From Hormiphora californensis (taxonomy: Eukaryota; Animalia; Ctenophora): a stretch of 64,000 bases of DNA. Below the pieces are notes generated by a model. That model had not been told where the DNA came from, made no database searches, and saw only the letters and a program-made list of their open reading frames with translations. The stretch is from assembly GCA_020137815.1 (NCBI GenBank), contig CM035350.1, positions 4,960,001 to 5,024,000 on the forward strand. The letters are read 5' to 3'. The translations under genes were made by a program, and so were the position numbers. Shown here one piece after another: positions 61,207 to 64,000 of this stretch (its first letter is position 1; each line of letters opens with the position of its first letter).

Positions 61207-63114
61207 GGCTGCACAGTGTGCAGCCGTGAGTCTGACTCATATCACTGAGTCATGGGTGGTGCGAGCTTTTTGAACCTCACCTTGCATCACAAAAAGAACA
61301 TGGAACTGCACAATGGAAATTTAATGGCCAAAGAACATGGACTACATGGGTAATCGGATGAAAATTCAGCCGGTACCCTGATCAAAAGTAGCAAAGCTCA
61401 GACATGATTATTGATAATATGGCCAGAGGCCTACATCTGAGAAAGTATTAAAAATTAATACATACTAGTGACTTTCTCTCGGTGATAAATCGAATCCCCT
61501 ATATATGTTGGAATTCTGGAAACTGTCGATGATGCATTATTCAAAAGTTCTTACATCGTCTTTTGTCTCTTACTAGAGTACCCGTTTGCTGGGAACCCGT
61601 GACCTGGTAAATGGTAATTTATCCTCATACTAGAGTACCCGTTTGCTGGGAACCCGTGACCTGGTAAATGGTAATTTATCCTCATATAACCGGTGACATT
61701 GCATTTGTGTTTGATTTTTTAAATATAATTTGTTTGTTCGAGTCTCTCAGTCTCACAGTAGGAGCGGTTAGATCAGTACGTGCAGAAAGTCGCGCGCCAC
61801 CCTAATCTCAGGTTACTCTCAAGGCTTCATTTCGCATCCAATCCAAAAGTGACCTTCATCAAACCTGTACTTGTAGATCTCCTCAAGGAGAAGCGAAAAC
61901 TTGAGGGACATTTCTTGATTGGATGCGACCTCGAGGAGCTATGACAATGCGCAAAAAGGGGTGGCAGGCGTTTTTAACCACGTGGTGATCTAACTTTTTT
62001 TTTTTTTTGAAAATTCACTAACCCCAACACCGATTGGCATCACTTTCCAACAGCCGAAGAGAAGCTGCCGAAGAGAGAAAGGGGGTAACTGTATGAAGAG
62101 TTAATCGCGATGAGTCTCATTCACATTGGGTTCGATCATTTGCCCCCGGTGTTGGGGTTAGTAATAAATCTTAAAATCACTCACTCAAATAAATAATAAA
62201 TCTTACAAATAAAATCTCACACACGATTCAGATATTGAAGTCAATACTGCCAAGTCCTACTGGGTTGTATTTAATTCGACATCCCCTCAGAGATCTCAAT
62301 GTTGCGATCAGCAAGCAGAATCTCAGCCTCCTTCTGATAGCTGCCAACGCCTGATCTAACCAATCCTACTATCATGATACACATTGGGTTTTCGAAAAAA
62401 CGGCCATTACAATTTTGGCGAGGCGGGTAAATCGTTTACTGTAACGCGCGAATTTCCCCAAAAAAGCGCTGCTTTTTTACGCCGCGCGCGAAACCTGAAA
62501 TTACGCGCGCAGTGTAAAATTTTAAAATTCATTGAAAATTTCCTCTCGTTCGCGTTATATGTCGCCAAAAAAAAGTCGACGAAAAATTCCAAATTCGTGA
62601 ATTATAAGAACTCCGGTCAGTTCTCATCTTGCCAATCCGTTTTCCGGGAACCCCTGGCCAAAGGACATTAAAATTCACATACCGAACAAGTTTCATATCG
62701 ATTGGATAAGATTTTGGGTGGCTACGGTGAAAAATATCGTATTTTTGGCATTTTTAACTTTCCCGACGCGATTTACGACCCTTAAACATTGAGTTACGGG
62801 AAATCGCGATCAAGTAAAATGAAGTTCAAACGATTCTCTTTCCCCACTATCGCGTTAGTTTTTTGATTTAGAGCCGTTTTCAGGGTCTTAGAAGCGTTTG
62901 AAAAATGTAAGTCTTTTTGTCGCAATTACGTCACCCCGTGACGTCACTGTTGTAAAGATCGGATCAAAAATCTGAGCCCGTACTTACACCCGCCTTGGTC
63001 CAAAGTACCAGTGTACAAATTTTCAGGGGTCTAGCTCAAAAACTGTAGGAGGAGTAGGGAGAAAACAATTATCGGACTAACATTTTGGAAATTATTATAT
63101 GGATAACCGGTGAC

Positions 63115-63657
63115 ATAAGGAACCATAATAAAGTTCAAGAGCGCACCCCATCCAAGAGCGTATACTCCATTTTTTTTTCAACTGTTCACCCCCCAAAGTT
63201 GTGCGCGGAATTGTTTTGCGCGTTTATCACATGTTAACGTGTAGCGCGCGCCACAAAATTTCTAAATTTCATTTTTTGGGTGAACAGTTGAATAAAAATG
63301 GACTTTACCACCTCCAAAAGACACCACTCTAAGAGCGCACCACATCAAAGAGAGCTCCCCATCCAGAAGATACCGCGCGCAGGGGACACCACGCGCAGAA
63401 GAGACCGCACGCGCAAATACAACGCCGCGCTGGTCTCTTCTGCGCGTGATGTCCCCTGCGCGTGGTATCTTCTGGATGGGGAGCTCTCTTTGATGTGGTG
63501 CGCTCTTGAAGTGGTGTCTTCTGGAGGTGGTGCGCTCTTGGATGTGGTCTCTTTTGGGTATGGTGCGCTCTCAGGTGTGGTCTCTCTTCGATAGGGTGCG
63601 CTCTTGGAGGCTCTTGGAGGCTCTTGGAGGCTCTTGAACTTTATTATGGTTCCTTAT
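63115..63657. mobile_element. Foldback MITE, cleaner duplicate of 48129-48669
   Basis: Same TIRs. The hairpin arms 63308-63406 and 63431-63531 are reverse complements with few mismatches. Confidence 0.85.
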
Positions 63658-63680
63658 TTGTGTTTGATTTTTAAATGATT

Positions 63681-63831
63681 AAGTCGGATTTTTTGAAGTT
63701 GTCACCCCCCTTTTCGTGCGCGGAATGTTTTTGCGCGTTACATCACATGTTAACGTGTGGTGTGCGCGTCAAAATTGATAAATTTCACATGCGCGGTCAT
63801 TTTGGGGTGACAACTTCAAAAAATCCGACTT
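63681..63831. mobile_element. ~150-bp TIR element (also 48695-48841); a related element is nested at 63166-63302 / 48179-48315
   Basis: aagtcggattttttgaagttgtcacccc ... ggggtgacaacttcaaaaaatccgactt. The nested relative has tccattttt..caactgttcaccc ... gggtgaacagttg..aaaaatgga and a similar core. Confidence 0.75.
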
Positions 63832-64000
63832 TAATTTGTTTGTTCCTTAGAGCAATGAGTCTCATAGTACTAGTAGGAGCGGTTAGATCAGCACGTGCAG
63901 AAAGTCGCGCGACGTGCGCCACCCTATTTTAATCTCAGGTTACTCTCACGGCTTCATTTCGCATCCAATCCAAAAGTGACGTTCATAAAACCTGCAGTAG

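Larger units (their letters stand above)
57174..64000 (+). repeat. Direct duplicate (>=6.8 kb) of 42187-49010, running off the window end
   Basis: Colinear throughout at an offset of ~14,990 bp: gene B 3' exons, 3' flank, minisatellite and MITEs. The window's last bases cctgcagtag equal 49001-49010. Confidence 0.95.

Overview
Eukaryotic (animal-like) genomic DNA with short GT-AG introns, AG/CT microsatellites and many single-base indels that look like long-read consensus errors. Two giant paralogous genes face away from each other (head-to-head) around a 4.4-kb spacer holding an intronless mu-like glutathione S-transferase. Gene A (4551-19550, minus, 15 exons, about 4,400 aa) and gene B (23993-43855, plus, 32 exons, about 5,300 aa) both encode predicted secreted proteins. 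They share a colinear core of 53 Lys/Thr/Tyr/Gly-rich, strongly basic modules of about 70-80 aa (A-x-x-A-C-x5-C-x-G-V-T, resembling a stripped-down PAN/apple domain). The modules form a 3+3 super-repeat and end in a Cys-rich cap resembling a degenerate F-type lectin. The N-termini differ: A has His-rich modules and a Gly/Ser/Lys linker, whereas B has Gly-Pro (GPGG) tracts and two six-repeat tectonin beta-propellers. The paralogs show patchy near-identity (probable gene conversion), and B has ten introns that A lacks. The right third of the window is repeat-rich (MITEs, foldback elements, a 40-bp minisatellite, about 15 copies of a 460-bp satellite) and ends with a second copy of 42187-49010 that includes the 3' end of gene B. 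Best candidate for a new system: a two-component giant cationic, Tyr-rich secreted protein pair, possibly an adhesive or prey-capture material. Function and taxon are inference only. Exon coordinates and counts were derived by hand.
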